Assembly: GCF_964355755.1 (NCBI RefSeq)
Contig: NC_092670.1
Location: 29,872,388-29,936,387 of the forward strand
Reading direction: 5' to 3'
DNA from: Antedon mediterranea
Taxonomy: Eukaryota > Animalia > Echinodermata
DNA: 64,000 nucleotides
In this document: positions 63,596 to 64,000 of the stretch, one piece after another
How positions within the stretch are numbered: the stretch's first letter is position 1
Layout: every line of letters starts with the position of its first letter
Translations under genes and position numbers: made by a program
Notes under the pieces: generated by a model
Database searches by the model: none
Told to the model about the DNA's origin: nothing
What the model saw: the letters and a program-made list of their open reading frames with translations, nothing else

Positions 63596-63607
63596 TCTAA
63601 CCTGCAG

Positions 63608-63682
63608 ATTCCTCTATGGTAATAACATTTCCAACATTACGTATAAAACATTGGAAACCAAAGACACAACATTGGAATACAT
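63608..63682 (+). CDS. LRR gene exon 12 (75 bp)
   Basis: cag|a..at|gtgaga; LFLYGNNISNITYKTLETKDTTLEY. Confidence 0.87.
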
Positions 63683-63825
63683 GTGAGATTTTTGTTCTTT
63701 GATACTTTTTTAGCCTAGATAATATAAATACTCGATGATACGTACTTTCAATTTCATTTTAATCACAGTTTAATGATTCAAAGCAAGAAATTAAAATAAC
63801 GAATACAGTTAATATTTTCCCCCAG

Positions 63826-63897
63826 ATATCTATTTGACAATCCAATAAAAGAGATCGGAGAAAATGCTCTATCACATATGAAAGAAAATGGAACAGT
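63826..63897 (+). CDS. LRR gene exon 13 (72 bp)
   Basis: cag|a..gt|gtatgt; IYLFDNPIKEIGENALSHMKENGT. Confidence 0.87.
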
Positions 63898-64000
63898 GTA
63901 TGTACATTCGTATATTATTATATTTAGTTTTTAAGTCATAACAATTTACAAAAGATAATGATAATTTCAATATCACCACAATTGAACCGTCATCATCATC

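Larger units (their letters stand above)
33448..63897 (+). other. multi-exon gene (5' part) for an extracellular/cell-surface leucine-rich repeat protein; continues beyond window
   Basis: 13 exons with GT-AG phase-2 introns splice into one open frame of ~370 codons: signal peptide, LRRNT, ~13 LxLxxNxL-type repeats. Confidence 0.88.

Overview
AT-rich eukaryotic (metazoan, probably invertebrate) genomic DNA dominated by transposable elements. One host gene is visible: the 5' part of a + strand secreted or cell-surface leucine-rich-repeat (LRR) protein gene. It has 13 exons from 33448 to 63897, about 370 codons, signal peptide + LRRNT + about 13 LRRs, all introns phase 2, and it continues beyond the window. 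The ORF track misses all but exon 1. Other content: non-LTR retrotransposons (RTE, Tx1/L1, near full-length RTEX-like, L2, Rex1/Babar, a Penelope-like fragment), a tRNA-derived Deu/Nin-domain SINE, non-autonomous Helitrons and HINE-like elements, and many TIR MITEs (MULE-, hAT-, Harbinger-, Kolobok-, Tc1/mariner-, Academ-like). A five-layer nested TE stack lies in LRR intron 4. Most notable observations: (1) recurrent TA->TAGGCCTA micro-insertions, shown by comparing paralogous copies and seen inside retrotransposon ORFs, which appear to stack into low-complexity tracts; (2) an RTEX-like LINE with a 2A/StopGo motif in ORF1 and an in-frame UAG-G ORF1/ORF2 junction; (3) a minimal hammerhead ribozyme in the Penelope-like element. 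Family assignments come from motif recognition only; no database search was run.
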